NCBI GenBank assembly: GCA_964573135.1
Contig: CAZNIO010000006.1
Location: 1,733-65,732 of the forward strand
Source: an uncultured Gammaproteobacteria bacterium
GTDB lineage: Bacteria > Patescibacteriota > Patescibacteriia > UBA2196 > GWA2-42-15
Direction: 5' to 3'
DNA length: 64,000 nt
This document shows, one piece after another, positions 39,390-49,410 of the stretch; within the stretch, counting starts at the first letter, position 1; each line of letters begins with the position of its first letter. Under the pieces are notes generated by a model, which was given only the letters and a program-made list of their open reading frames with translations, searched no databases and had not been told where the DNA came from. A program made the translations under genes and the position numbers.

Positions 39390-40451
39390 TTATCCTAAAT
39401 CATGGTCAGTGCATTTTTTGCAATGATCTATTTTGTACATTTCTCCTTTTTCGTTTAATTCTAATATCTTTTTTCTCTCGGGAGAATTCCAGATATCATA
39501 AACTGAATTTTCTTTAATATTACCAAGCAAAATTTCACTGTTATACGCGGCGTCACATGGCTGAATATCTCCATTGGAAACAATGAAGCAATCACCACGG
39601 GTAATACGCCAACATTTTTTGACCATAGACGGACGCTCTCTTTTTAAGCCATATTTATTATTGGGCAAATTGGCATATTCGAGGGTATTAATGCTGACAA
39701 CCTCTCCGGTGTTATAGAAAGTTTCTAAAAATTCATCAATATTATCATGGGTCCCCTCTTGATCAATCATTTGGATATGCAGGCTTGGACCCTTGCCTAA
39801 TTCTTTTTTCTTTTTAATTAATAGATCAGCATTGGCTCTGACTTTCTTGTATAAATATTTGGGTGAAACAAATCCGAAAGTATCCTCATTGGTACCATGC
39901 AGAGAAAAATTCATAAAAGTAATGCCGGAATTTAAAATAAAATCAATTTTTTCTTCATCTAAGGCAACACCATTGGAACTGAACCAAATCATGCCAAGAT
40001 TCTTTTTGGCTGAAACGTAGTTAACAATTTCCTGCCAATCGGGGTGTAAAAGTGGTTCGCCTAAATGAAATAACCAAACTCCCTCCACGCCATATTGATC
40101 CAGTTCATCAACTACTTTTAAGTAGAGATCTTTATCAAAATCAATAGAGGGTCGCTTTAAATTTTGACGAGGGCACATACGACAGTCCATATTGCATCGG
40201 GATGTCATCTCCAAGAGAATTCGATTGGGGAAATCAGTGCGCTTGGACCAGTCTTTATCAGAAAAACGGCGGATGGGGATAATTTTCAACCCAGCTTTGG
40301 CGTATTTCTCTAATAAGTCCCTGTTGTCTTGGTCAGCAATCAGTTCTAACTGCTGATTAACCTTGATTTGCTTTAATTTTTTTAATTCCAAAAAATTGAT
40401 TGGCTTATCAAATTTTCCTTGAATATATTTTTCTGTTTTTATAAATTCCAT
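39390..40451 (-). CDS. radical SAM/SPASM domain protein
   Basis: CNMDCRMC, GEPLLH, C..PC..CKKC. Confidence 0.88.
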   Translation of the reverse strand: MEFIKTEKYIQGKFDKPINFLELKKLKQIKVNQQLELIADQDNRDLLEKYAKAGLKIIPIRRFSDKDWSKRTDFPNRILLEMTSRCNMDCRMCPRQNLKRPSIDFDKDLYLKVVDELDQYGVEGVWLFHLGEPLLHPDWQEIVNYVSAKKNLGMIWFSSNGVALDEEKIDFILNSGITFMNFSLHGTNEDTFGFVSPKYLYKKVRANADLLIKKKKELGKGPSLHIQMIDQEGTHDNIDEFLETFYNTGEVVSINTLEYANLPNNKYGLKRERPSMVKKCWRITRGDCFIVSNGDIQPCDAAYNSEILLGNIKENSVYDIWNSPERKKILELNEKGEMYKIDHCKKCTDHDLG

Positions 40452-40460
40452 GGTGGTTAA

Positions 40461-41354
40461 TTATTTTTTAATTGCGTAAATTATTATCTCGCGGCCAATG
40501 CCCAGGTCAGCGAATTTTTGATACATTTGGCGTTTAAAATTATTGTCATGTTGACTTAATGTTTTTTCAAATAATATTCTCTTATTATGAATAGTTTTAC
40601 CTACTTTTGGATGACCGACGTATTTGTCGCCCATAAGCAAGAAAAACTCTAAGGGAAAGGTAGATTCTTTTAATATTACGTTAAAACCAGATTTACTGAT
40701 GAGGTTGGCAAGATGGTCGACGCTGAAATAGTTAATGTGTTGAGGAGCACTGACCCACCATTGCTTTAAATTGTATTCCTTATCAGCGATGGTTTGGAGT
40801 TTATTAAATTCATTGGGCACTTTAACTATCAAAAGTCCTTTGGACTTTAAAATATTTTTATGAATACTTTTTAATATATCATCAGGAGAACGTAAGTGTT
40901 CTAAAACATGAATTAAAGTGGCTGTGTCAAATTTCTGCTTATTGTAATGACTAAAATCTTCAATATCACTCACCTGAGCATTGATACCTTTGGATTTAAC
41001 ATATTTTACTGCTTGAGGCACAGGATCAAAACCAGTAACATTGAATTTATGTTGATTGGCATATTCTAAAAAAGCGCCATAACCGCAACCAATATCAAGA
41101 ATGGTTTTACCGGGTGCGTGCTTAGTTATGATAGCTAGCATGTCTTGGTGTTGTAGATCAAAAAACTGTTGATCACGCTTAACCACTTCTTTGGAGCTGT
41201 CATTGACTTGTTTGGTATAGCTTGAATCATAAAATTCTTGAGTGTAGTAGTCATTGACCTCTTTTTTAGTGGGTATGGGGAAAAGACGGCAATATCCCTT
41301 TTGGTCATCAAATTTTACTTTATATTTTTTATCTTGGTAAAGTCTTTTTTTCAT
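40461..41354 (-). CDS. class I SAM-dependent methyltransferase
   Basis: LDIGCGYG, HVLEHL, VPN. Confidence 0.9.
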   Translation of the reverse strand: MKKRLYQDKKYKVKFDDQKGYCRLFPIPTKKEVNDYYTQEFYDSSYTKQVNDSSKEVVKRDQQFFDLQHQDMLAIITKHAPGKTILDIGCGYGAFLEYANQHKFNVTGFDPVPQAVKYVKSKGINAQVSDIEDFSHYNKQKFDTATLIHVLEHLRSPDDILKSIHKNILKSKGLLIVKVPNEFNKLQTIADKEYNLKQWWVSAPQHINYFSVDHLANLISKSGFNVILKESTFPLEFFLLMGDKYVGHPKVGKTIHNKRILFEKTLSQHDNNFKRQMYQKFADLGIGREIIIYAIKK

Positions 41355-42055
41355 AAACTTTCAAATTTAATATTTTGAAGAATAGATTTAGTTTTTTCTT
41401 TGCCACAGTTGAAGATAGCGTCGATAATAGACATATATGGTACAAAGTCGCCATGGAGTTGCGGATAGACTGGATGATCAAATTGACAGGGTATTAATTT
41501 TATACCGGCTTGCTCATATAGCTTGACTTGAGGCTGCATATATTCCCAGGCAGCAACACCATGCACATATTGAGTGGCTTGCATTTTTTTTAAAATGGCG
41601 ACTACTTTTTCATTTTTCTTCAAATGGCTAACTTTTAAATCAGTAGAATCATAAAAGTCGGTTTTAATATCTAAAAAATCACAGATGTCTTTAATTATAT
41701 TAATATTTAAATCAACTAACTTGGCCGGCTTAGCTTGATATATTTTTTCCAAGCGCGGATAGAACTCTTCAAAATATGGTGAGCGGGAGTAGTTCATCTC
41801 AATCGACTTCAGATGTTTTTTAACCCAGTGGGTGGCATAGTTAATTTTAACTTGATTAATGTCCTGAGGAAACTTGCGGACAATGGGTACAGTGAGCATA
41901 ATAGGGCCAGCTGATCCCTTAATCCTGTTTCTGGTTTGCCATGAATGATTTTCATATTGAACATCATTTAGAAAGACAAAATGATCAGCCCATTCTATTA
42001 TTTTATAGAAGCCAATCCATGATAAATATGTGGGTTGGAAAACTGATACTTTCAT
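41351..42055 (-). CDS. WbqC family protein (putative glycyl transferase)
   Basis: FQPTYLSWIG, DVQY, RNRI, SIIDAIFN. Confidence 0.9.
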   Translation of the reverse strand: MKVSVFQPTYLSWIGFYKIIEWADHFVFLNDVQYENHSWQTRNRIKGSAGPIMLTVPIVRKFPQDINQVKINYATHWVKKHLKSIEMNYSRSPYFEEFYPRLEKIYQAKPAKLVDLNINIIKDICDFLDIKTDFYDSTDLKVSHLKKNEKVVAILKKMQATQYVHGVAAWEYMQPQVKLYEQAGIKLIPCQFDHPVYPQLHGDFVPYMSIIDAIFNCGKEKTKSILQNIKFESL

Positions 42056-43345
42056 TTATCTTTGATCACGTTTAAAATTATTAACTGGAATTTGACCTTT
42101 GATTAATTTCTTTAATTTCTTTTCATCATCATTATTATCAGCCATGGCTTTAAATATTTTAGCGGTTGCCTTTAAGGTGTAATCGATTTCTTTTTTGGTA
42201 TGGGCATAGCTGAAGGTAACAACCGGACCAAAAAATATTCCGTGGTAAATCCCCTGTTGGAGGAAAAATAGTCTTTTAATATTTGATTCTGATTTATCTT
42301 TATTGTGGAAAAGAATTTTGAATTTAAAAGGCTGGCCGATAATTTCAGCGTTGAGGTTGTGTTTTTTAATTAAATCATTTAATCCTTTATATAGAAGTTG
42401 GCCCATTTTATGAGTATGCTCTATAACTTTATGCTTTTTAATGTAATCAATGACGGCAATACTGGCCGCCATGCTGAGAGTTTCTCCACCAAAATTAGTA
42501 GAAACAAAAACTTGTTCAGTGGCTTGCATAATTTCTCTTTTGCCGCAAACGGCAGAAATGGGCATGCCATTACCCATGGCTTTGCCAATACAAGTTAGAT
42601 CTGGAGTTATTTTGTAATATGCCTGGGCACCACCCAAATGCATTCTGTAAGCAGTAACCATTTCATCAAAAATTAAAACTATTTTGTTTTGCTTGGCGAT
42701 TTTTTGAACACTCTCTAGATAGCCTTTAGCTGGATCAGATAAAGGAACTGGTTCCATTATAATAGCGGCTACTTTATTCTTGTGTTTTTTAATTTTAGAT
42801 TTTAAATCATTTAAATCATTATATTTGAAAACATCAATATGTTTTTTCATGGATTTGGGCACTCCCCAATCTTGGGGCGGTTGACTGGCTAAATACCAAT
42901 CTTGGCCGCCGTGGTAGCCTGAACGCAGGATGACTTCACGACCGGTATAGGCACGAGCAATGCGCACAGCGGCTGAAGTGGCTTCATGCCCGCTTTTGGC
43001 AAAGCGCACCATGTGAGCTCCTGGAATGGTATCAGTTATTTTTTTAGCTAAACGAGTTTCAATTTGATGAGGGAGAGAAAAAGTAATACCCAACTTCAAT
43101 TGATTCTGAATGGCTTTATTAATTTCTGGAACATTGTAGCCCAAGATAATGGAACCCAGGGATGAGGTGTAGTCAATGTATTTGTTGTTATCCACATCCC
43201 AGATATGGCAACCCTCAGCTTTTTTAACATAAAGAGGGAAATCACCAATGATAAATAGCCGGTAACCTTTGGATAAAGTTTGACAGGCATTGGGTATTAA
43301 TTTTTTAGCCTGAGTAAGTATTTTTTTAGTATTATTAAATTTCAT
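42056..43345 (-). CDS. class III aminotransferase (glutamate-1-semialdehyde aminomutase-like)
   Basis: YHG, FDEMVT, GKAMGNGMP. Confidence 0.85.
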   Translation of the reverse strand: MKFNNTKKILTQAKKLIPNACQTLSKGYRLFIIGDFPLYVKKAEGCHIWDVDNNKYIDYTSSLGSIILGYNVPEINKAIQNQLKLGITFSLPHQIETRLAKKITDTIPGAHMVRFAKSGHEATSAAVRIARAYTGREVILRSGYHGGQDWYLASQPPQDWGVPKSMKKHIDVFKYNDLNDLKSKIKKHKNKVAAIIMEPVPLSDPAKGYLESVQKIAKQNKIVLIFDEMVTAYRMHLGGAQAYYKITPDLTCIGKAMGNGMPISAVCGKREIMQATEQVFVSTNFGGETLSMAASIAVIDYIKKHKVIEHTHKMGQLLYKGLNDLIKKHNLNAEIIGQPFKFKILFHNKDKSESNIKRLFFLQQGIYHGIFFGPVVTFSYAHTKKEIDYTLKATAKIFKAMADNNDDEKKLKKLIKGQIPVNNFKRDQR

Positions 43346-43364
43346 GTTTTTTTCTAATTATCTT

Positions 43365-44114
43365 TTAATCTTCTTGAAGAGATTTAGTATAGCCCTCATT
43401 CCTTTGAATGTTACTATTTATCTTTTCTAATTCGGGATTTTGTTCAAAAAATTCCAATAAATCATTCATGCGAAATTCTGGTTTTTGAGGATGGAGTTGA
43501 TTATATACTGCTTGGATAACTTGATAATCCTCGGGATTATCAAGTGTCCATCTTCTGGCCGATAGATCAACCTGACTGTTTAAATGTTTTTGTTTAAAAA
43601 TCTCGGGATTTTTCCACATATGTATAGTGACATGTTCACGTGATGATTCTAGCTTTACCTCATGCCATGATTTCTCTAATACTTCAAATTTAAAGATTTC
43701 TGCATCAAGTCCGTCAGGATAGGTGTGTGGAATAACGTTGGTAGCATAATCAAGATTTTCTTCTTCAAAGAGAGTTATAACTTGATCAATAATATCTGGA
43801 TCAACCATAACGCAATCACCGGTAATGCGAATAATGTTTTCTGGGTTAAATTTTTTAGCTGCTTGGTAATATCTATCTAAAACATCATCTTGGCTGCCAC
43901 GAAAACACTCTATATTATTCTCTTGGCAAATCTCTGCTAACCTGTCATCATCTGGATGAGTTGTCGTGGCAACGACAATCTTATCCGTCTTGTTGGATTG
44001 TTTTACTCTTTGAATTACACGCGCCAAAGCAGGCTGGCCGGCTAAATCAAGGGCCATTTTACCAGGAAGTCTATTTGAGCCCATACGGGCCTGAATAATA
44101 CAAAGGTTTTTCAT
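43365..44114 (-). CDS. spsF: SpsF-type cytidylyltransferase (functional PseF candidate)
   Basis: QARMGSNRLPGK, DVLDRY, RITGDC, REHVT, TLDNPED. Confidence 0.85.
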   Translation of the reverse strand: MKNLCIIQARMGSNRLPGKMALDLAGQPALARVIQRVKQSNKTDKIVVATTTHPDDDRLAEICQENNIECFRGSQDDVLDRYYQAAKKFNPENIIRITGDCVMVDPDIIDQVITLFEEENLDYATNVIPHTYPDGLDAEIFKFEVLEKSWHEVKLESSREHVTIHMWKNPEIFKQKHLNSQVDLSARRWTLDNPEDYQVIQAVYNQLHPQKPEFRMNDLLEFFEQNPELEKINSNIQRNEGYTKSLQED

Positions 44115-44116
44115 AG

Positions 44117-45094
44117 TTATTTCTTAACGCAATATTCCAAGACTTGAGTTGCGATTTTAAGGTTATTGAATGTTTGTTCTTTTTTAGAAATACAATTGAA
44201 AAAATATTTAACCTCATCAATGTACATTTGATTGATATCATATTTTTTCATTTGATAAAGCTTCTGGCTGTGCTTGTCTTGGTGTCGCCAGACAATATCA
44301 CGTCGAATATCCCATTCTAAATTACCCAACTGGCCAATTACCTTGCAGGTGCGAGTACGGCTTTGTTGTAAATAGTCAGATTGGACTGAGCCCAAAACCT
44401 TATTGGCAAACTTAAATGAAGCAATAGAAAAATCTTCAGTATCAATTTTAAGGGAGCCAAGACGGTCATAGATAAACTTTGAGTCTTTAACTGGAGCAAA
44501 ATCATTGAGCCAGAAAAGTAAATCAAACTCGTGAATATCATCGAGAATGATACCACCACCCATTGATTTGTGAGCAGCAAAATTCTTCCTGTAATCGGTA
44601 CCAGGACGCCAGTTAGGTAAATAGTAGCCACACTCATGATTGATGGCATAAACTTTACCCAATTTTTTCTTAGTTAAATATGATTTAATAAACTTAAGGC
44701 AAGGATAGAAACGCATATTGCAGCCAATCATGTTGATGAGTTTCTTCTGTTGGCAGATTTTTTGTAATTTAGTAATATCTTTTAGATTATGGGATAAGGG
44801 TTTTTCAATAAATAGATGACAATTAGCTTGGGCACATTGCAAGGCATGCTTAATATGCAAATGGTTAGGGCTGCAAATAAAGGCAACATCAAATTGCTTT
44901 AATGTATTTAAATCTAATTTATCAATTCTAAATTCCTGTGTTTTAAAAACTTGAGGTAAAAAATCTTTATAATATAACTTTTTACTAACATCAAAAAAAT
45001 TAATATTGGTATAACCCAAGTTATATAGGTTGGTGGCATGACGCTGTCCGATAGAGCCAAAGCCGATGATAATGATTTTAGTACCTTTTTTCAT
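44117..45094 (-). CDS. Gfo/Idh/MocA family oxidoreductase
   Basis: GFGSIG, IEKP, GGGIILDDIHEFD. Confidence 0.9.
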   Translation of the reverse strand: MKKGTKIIIIGFGSIGQRHATNLYNLGYTNINFFDVSKKLYYKDFLPQVFKTQEFRIDKLDLNTLKQFDVAFICSPNHLHIKHALQCAQANCHLFIEKPLSHNLKDITKLQKICQQKKLINMIGCNMRFYPCLKFIKSYLTKKKLGKVYAINHECGYYLPNWRPGTDYRKNFAAHKSMGGGIILDDIHEFDLLFWLNDFAPVKDSKFIYDRLGSLKIDTEDFSIASFKFANKVLGSVQSDYLQQSRTRTCKVIGQLGNLEWDIRRDIVWRHQDKHSQKLYQMKKYDINQMYIDEVKYFFNCISKKEQTFNNLKIATQVLEYCVKK

Positions 45095-45098
45095 ATAA

Positions 45099-45755
45099 TT
45101 ATCGTTCTAAATAGAGGTCTTCTTTTTTAAGAAGTGAGGCGCTGTAATAGTCGTCAAAAGATGAATCAGTGCTAAAAGTATTTTTCTCCCTATCTTTGCT
45201 GACAGTTGCCACTTCTTTATATAACCCAGTCGAAATAAGCATACGCTTGTAATCTGCTTTATATGTATAGACCTCTTCATCTTTTAGATGATGGTATTTT
45301 CTTTTATAGAAATTGGGGATTTGAAAATCGCCGATAAGCAGGTGTCCTGAATATTTGAGAGCGCTATCTATTTTAGCTAGGCTGGTTAGCAAGGAATCGC
45401 GGTCAACCCAATGAAAAACGCCACCAACAATAACTAGATCAAATGAAAATTGATCATAATCCATATCAGCGGCTGTGCTTTGCTGGAAATGAATGAAGGG
45501 CCATTTCTGTTTACCATCCTGGATGGCTTTGGCTGAGGGCTCCCCGGCATAAACTTCTGAGCCATATTTCTCATGAATTTCAGCAAGACGATAGCCATTA
45601 GCAGCACCGACCTCCAAGACTTTTTTAGGCTTAAGCTGGTATAGGTCGAGTAAATACATTAAAGCGTCGTTGTCGGTTTTTTGAAGCGCATGCTGATTGC
45701 GATTAAACCAGCTATCGGCTTCTTTGGCTGAAAATATTTTATCTTGATTAGTCAT
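45099..45755 (-). CDS. class I SAM-dependent methyltransferase
   Basis: EADSWFNRN, LEVGAANG. Confidence 0.85.
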   Translation of the reverse strand: MTNQDKIFSAKEADSWFNRNQHALQKTDNDALMYLLDLYQLKPKKVLEVGAANGYRLAEIHEKYGSEVYAGEPSAKAIQDGKQKWPFIHFQQSTAADMDYDQFSFDLVIVGGVFHWVDRDSLLTSLAKIDSALKYSGHLLIGDFQIPNFYKRKYHHLKDEEVYTYKADYKRMLISTGLYKEVATVSKDREKNTFSTDSSFDDYYSASLLKKEDLYLER

Positions 45756-46845
45756 ATGTTTCTTCTAAATATTTAACGAATTTTTCTGCTCGAATATTAT
45801 TAATTTTTAAGAAATATTCTTTATTAAAATATTTTTCAGCCATGAACATGGGCACGGTAATTCCACCAAAACCTTTTTTGAAATGCGAGATATCTAACTT
45901 CTTTTGTTCTGGAAAATCATAGGGCAAAATACTATATTGATGCAAGCCTATTTCATAATAGTCGAGTCCTTGATTTTTCATCCAAAGGATGGCTTCCCAT
46001 TCAAGAAAATGGCGAATGGGCAACTTAGCATAATCTGGATGATTGGCAGCAGAAGCTCCATTGGAGCTGTTTTTATATAGAGTATAGTATTCATAACCTA
46101 CTATTTTACCGTCCATGGCAACTGCTACTAAAAATCCTTGATCTTGCTTGAGCCAGTCAAACATCAAATCAAAAGTAATGTCTGGTCTGGTCTGGCGGCC
46201 AGAGGCCAGGAAATGCATTTTTTTGTAATCATCAAAAATTTCTCGAGTTATGTTTTTTGAAGTATAGATGATGGCTTCGTACCCATCCGCTTTTTTTATA
46301 TTACGCCGATGATTGCGGCGCATATCATCCCAGAGATTATCTTCTATTTTTTTCAAATCAATCAATTGGGTAACTAAGGATATGTCGCCATATCCATATT
46401 TTAATAAATAATTGATTGGTTTTTCTTTGTTTAAAAAAGCAGGAGATAATGGGGTTTGTCCAAATTTAGCTCTGCCAATTTGATATTCTTTGGCCAACTT
46501 GTCAATGTGTTTAAAAATATGCTCTAAAACTTGATCTTTTTTTTCTCCCGTTAGGCTATTGTCAAGAGCTGGAGTGGGTGTCATCCAGGTACCATAAGAA
46601 AATTCATTATATTGTTTGCCATTAATATCGTAAGTTTCTAAAACTAGTGGGACAATAGCTTGAATTTTATCTTGTCCAGAATAAACTAGAAAGCTAAAAT
46701 TTTGTGGGCTAAGCTCAGTTTTGTAGTTTAAAATATATTTTATCCAATCAAAAGTATGCCAAAACCAAGCATCATGGCTTGAAGCACAGAACTTATCCCA
46801 GTCGTTCTTTTTATCTTCGGTTAGTTGGACTACTTTAAGTTTCAT
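45748..46845 (-). CDS. FemAB-like GNAT (putative aminoacyl/acyl transferase)
   Basis: RRNHRRNIKKA, LEWEAI, FKKGFGG. Confidence 0.8.
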   Translation of the reverse strand: MKLKVVQLTEDKKNDWDKFCASSHDAWFWHTFDWIKYILNYKTELSPQNFSFLVYSGQDKIQAIVPLVLETYDINGKQYNEFSYGTWMTPTPALDNSLTGEKKDQVLEHIFKHIDKLAKEYQIGRAKFGQTPLSPAFLNKEKPINYLLKYGYGDISLVTQLIDLKKIEDNLWDDMRRNHRRNIKKADGYEAIIYTSKNITREIFDDYKKMHFLASGRQTRPDITFDLMFDWLKQDQGFLVAVAMDGKIVGYEYYTLYKNSSNGASAANHPDYAKLPIRHFLEWEAILWMKNQGLDYYEIGLHQYSILPYDFPEQKKLDISHFKKGFGGITVPMFMAEKYFNKEYFLKINNIRAEKFVKYLEETYD

Positions 46846-47859
46846 TTATTTTTTTAATATTCGTATAATTTCTCTGGTGACAGACTCGAATTTATCTTGG
46901 CTGACACCAGTGTGGCAAGGAATCCAAATGCATTGTTTAAAATTAGGATCCAACATATTTCTATTGGTATCGAAATTATAGAGTCCGCTGATAATACCTT
47001 CAGATGCTAATACTTTAAGGATGGCTTCATTCTTTGAGTGAGGACAGATAATAGGAATAATATATGGAGTTATGCCGTGTGGCTCAAGGTGATCACAAAT
47101 ACCAAGGTTTTTGGTTTGTTCTAAGAAATATTGATATCTCTTTTGGCGCAGATCAATTTCTGGTTGAGTTTTTTTAAGGGCTAAGTTAACGGCCAGTTTG
47201 GCTGGCTTTAGAGCCTGGCCATAAATGGCATATGACATTCTTATAAAAGGAACAGTAAATTTTTCTAATAATTTGGATTTTCTAAAGGAACTGTATTCAT
47301 AGAGAATCTTGGCTAAGTCTTTGATAAAAGTAAGACCAAGGGCCGTGTGATGCATGGCAGTCTCGGCATATGCTTTAAAATCTGATTGACTGGAGCTAAC
47401 ACCACCAAGGGCAAAGCTGAAAAACCACTTAGAAAAGCTGTAAATAGTATAATCTCCGAAACTACCAAGTGGCTTACCCTTATATTGACTACCAAGTGCA
47501 TGAGCGCAGTCTTCAACAACAATTAGCTGTTTAGCGCGAGCAAATTCCAATATTTTATCCATATCTTGGGGAAAACCATATTGGTGATAGACAAAAATGA
47601 CTTTGGTCCTATTGGAAAACGCTTTGGCGGGAAAAGCAAAAGGTTGAATCTGATTATATACCCAATAGCCTAACCAGTCGGGAACCAAGACTTCATCTAA
47701 CTTATTGTTAATAATCCCCTTCTCTTTTAAGTGGCCTAAGACTAAAGCAATAGACCCTTTGCCTGAGCCGGTAAATTGAATATGGTTTAATGACTGCGGC
47801 AGGGCAGTTTTTTTACACCAGAGGTCTGTGAGTTGGGGTTTATCTACTTCGCGAATCAT
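46846..47859 (-). CDS. DegT/DnrJ/EryC1/StrS family PLP enzyme (divergent)
   Basis: YHQYGFP, EDCAHALG, YSFSK. Confidence 0.78.
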   Translation of the reverse strand: MIREVDKPQLTDLWCKKTALPQSLNHIQFTGSGKGSIALVLGHLKEKGIINNKLDEVLVPDWLGYWVYNQIQPFAFPAKAFSNRTKVIFVYHQYGFPQDMDKILEFARAKQLIVVEDCAHALGSQYKGKPLGSFGDYTIYSFSKWFFSFALGGVSSSQSDFKAYAETAMHHTALGLTFIKDLAKILYEYSSFRKSKLLEKFTVPFIRMSYAIYGQALKPAKLAVNLALKKTQPEIDLRQKRYQYFLEQTKNLGICDHLEPHGITPYIIPIICPHSKNEAILKVLASEGIISGLYNFDTNRNMLDPNFKQCIWIPCHTGVSQDKFESVTREIIRILKK

Positions 47860-47861
47860 AG

Positions 47862-48971
47862 TTATGCTTTAAAAAAACTTTTAATGTGATCACAGATATA
47901 TTTAACTTGTTTTTTTTCCAATCCAGGGTAGCAACATAAGGTAATGCAGGAATTGTGATAGATATCTTCATTTTTCAATCGGGTATTTTTATAGCCATGT
48001 TTTCTATAATATGGATGAGAATAAACTGCGGGATAATGGAAATTCACACCAATGCCATTTTGGGCCAGATAACTTCTGAGCTTGTTTCTGATTTTAGGAT
48101 TTTTAGTCCTAATAATATATAGGTGCCAGCCAGAAGAGTTATGGGGTAATTCTTGGGGTAAAATAATTTGGTCAACATCTTTTAAAAATTCCTGATACCA
48201 AGTAACTATTTGACGGCGCAGACGGATAAATTTATCCAATCTTTTTAGCTGAGATACACCCAAAGCAGCCTGGATATCTGTACTGCGATAATTGGCACCG
48301 GCTTCGATCATAACGTTAGCCCCCTGCTTGTCTTTATATATACCGTGGCTGCGTAAAAGTACTAAGCGCTCGTAATCTGCCTTGCTGTTAGTTAAAACGG
48401 CTCCGCCTTCACCGGTAGTAATGGGTTTAACTGGGTGGAAAGCAAAAACTGTCATATGTGAATATTTGCAGCTACCAACCTTGTTCTTTTTATATTGGGC
48501 GCCCAGAGCATGGCAAGCATCGGTAATGATTTTCAATTTATACTTATCGGCAATCTTTTTAATTTTATCCATCTCGCAAGGTTGACCGGCAAAATGAATG
48601 GGGATAATGGCTTTGGTGCGCTTGGTAATTAATTTGACAATTTTCTCTTCGTCAATATTGTAGGTATCTAAGCGAATATCACAAAAAACTGGTTTGGCAC
48701 CGATGGCCAAGAGCATATTACAAGTTGAAGCAAAAGTATTTGGCGAGGTGATGACTTCATCGCCTGGTTTAAGACCAGCAGTTAAATAGGCTAAATGAAG
48801 TCCGGCAGTACCATTGTTGCAGACAACTGCATATTTAGCACCGGTATATTTAGCCAGGGCCTGCTCAAACTCTTTGACTTTGGGGCCTTGAGCGATAAAA
48901 TCAGATTTTAAAACACTCATGACTGAGTCAATGTCTGATTGGTTGATTGATTGCTTACCGTATGGAATCAT
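47862..48971 (-). CDS. pseC: UDP-4-amino-4,6-dideoxy-N-acetyl-beta-L-altrosamine transaminase
   Basis: MIPYGKQ, DACHALG, FHPVKPITTGEGG, DIQAALG. Confidence 0.88.
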   Translation of the reverse strand: MIPYGKQSINQSDIDSVMSVLKSDFIAQGPKVKEFEQALAKYTGAKYAVVCNNGTAGLHLAYLTAGLKPGDEVITSPNTFASTCNMLLAIGAKPVFCDIRLDTYNIDEEKIVKLITKRTKAIIPIHFAGQPCEMDKIKKIADKYKLKIITDACHALGAQYKKNKVGSCKYSHMTVFAFHPVKPITTGEGGAVLTNSKADYERLVLLRSHGIYKDKQGANVMIEAGANYRSTDIQAALGVSQLKRLDKFIRLRRQIVTWYQEFLKDVDQIILPQELPHNSSGWHLYIIRTKNPKIRNKLRSYLAQNGIGVNFHYPAVYSHPYYRKHGYKNTRLKNEDIYHNSCITLCCYPGLEKKQVKYICDHIKSFFKA

Positions 48972-48985
48972 ATTTTTATATTATA

Positions 48986-49399
48986 TTAACGATTTTCAAT
49001 ATCCCAAATATCCCATTTATCATGAGGAAAACGAATGTCATCAGCCTTGCTTTCTTCTAGGGTGTTTGAAGAGAAAAAGATAAGGATAGCATCATCAGTA
49101 AGGGTCATAAAACCATTGGCGTGATTTTCTGGAATCCAGAGGATTCTAGGCTCTTTATCTGATAAAACAAATTTTTGTATTTCCTGTGTATCAAGATTAA
49201 CGCTACCAATCAATGCAGAGCCCCTGGCAACGTAAACATACTTGTTTTCTTTTTTGTGACCATGCCAAGCACGAATATATCCGCGATGATAATTTTCAAC
49301 TTGGTAGAATCTTTTAATTTTTTCAAAATTAAAATCATTGACGAAACGGACGCTACCGCGCTCGTCGACAACTGTTCCTCCTGTAAGTAAGTGTGGCAT
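48986..49399 (-). CDS. dTDP-4-dehydrorhamnose 3,5-epimerase-like cupin
   Basis: DERG, RAWHGH, IPENHANGF. Confidence 0.82.
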   Translation of the reverse strand: MPHLLTGGTVVDERGSVRFVNDFNFEKIKRFYQVENYHRGYIRAWHGHKKENKYVYVARGSALIGSVNLDTQEIQKFVLSDKEPRILWIPENHANGFMTLTDDAILIFFSSNTLEESKADDIRFPHDKWDIWDIENR

Positions 49400-49410
49400 A
49401 TGTTTCTTAT

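Noticed and set aside
42056-43345. hemL of haem biosynthesis
   Set aside because: Embedded in a sugar-modification operon with no hem genes in the window
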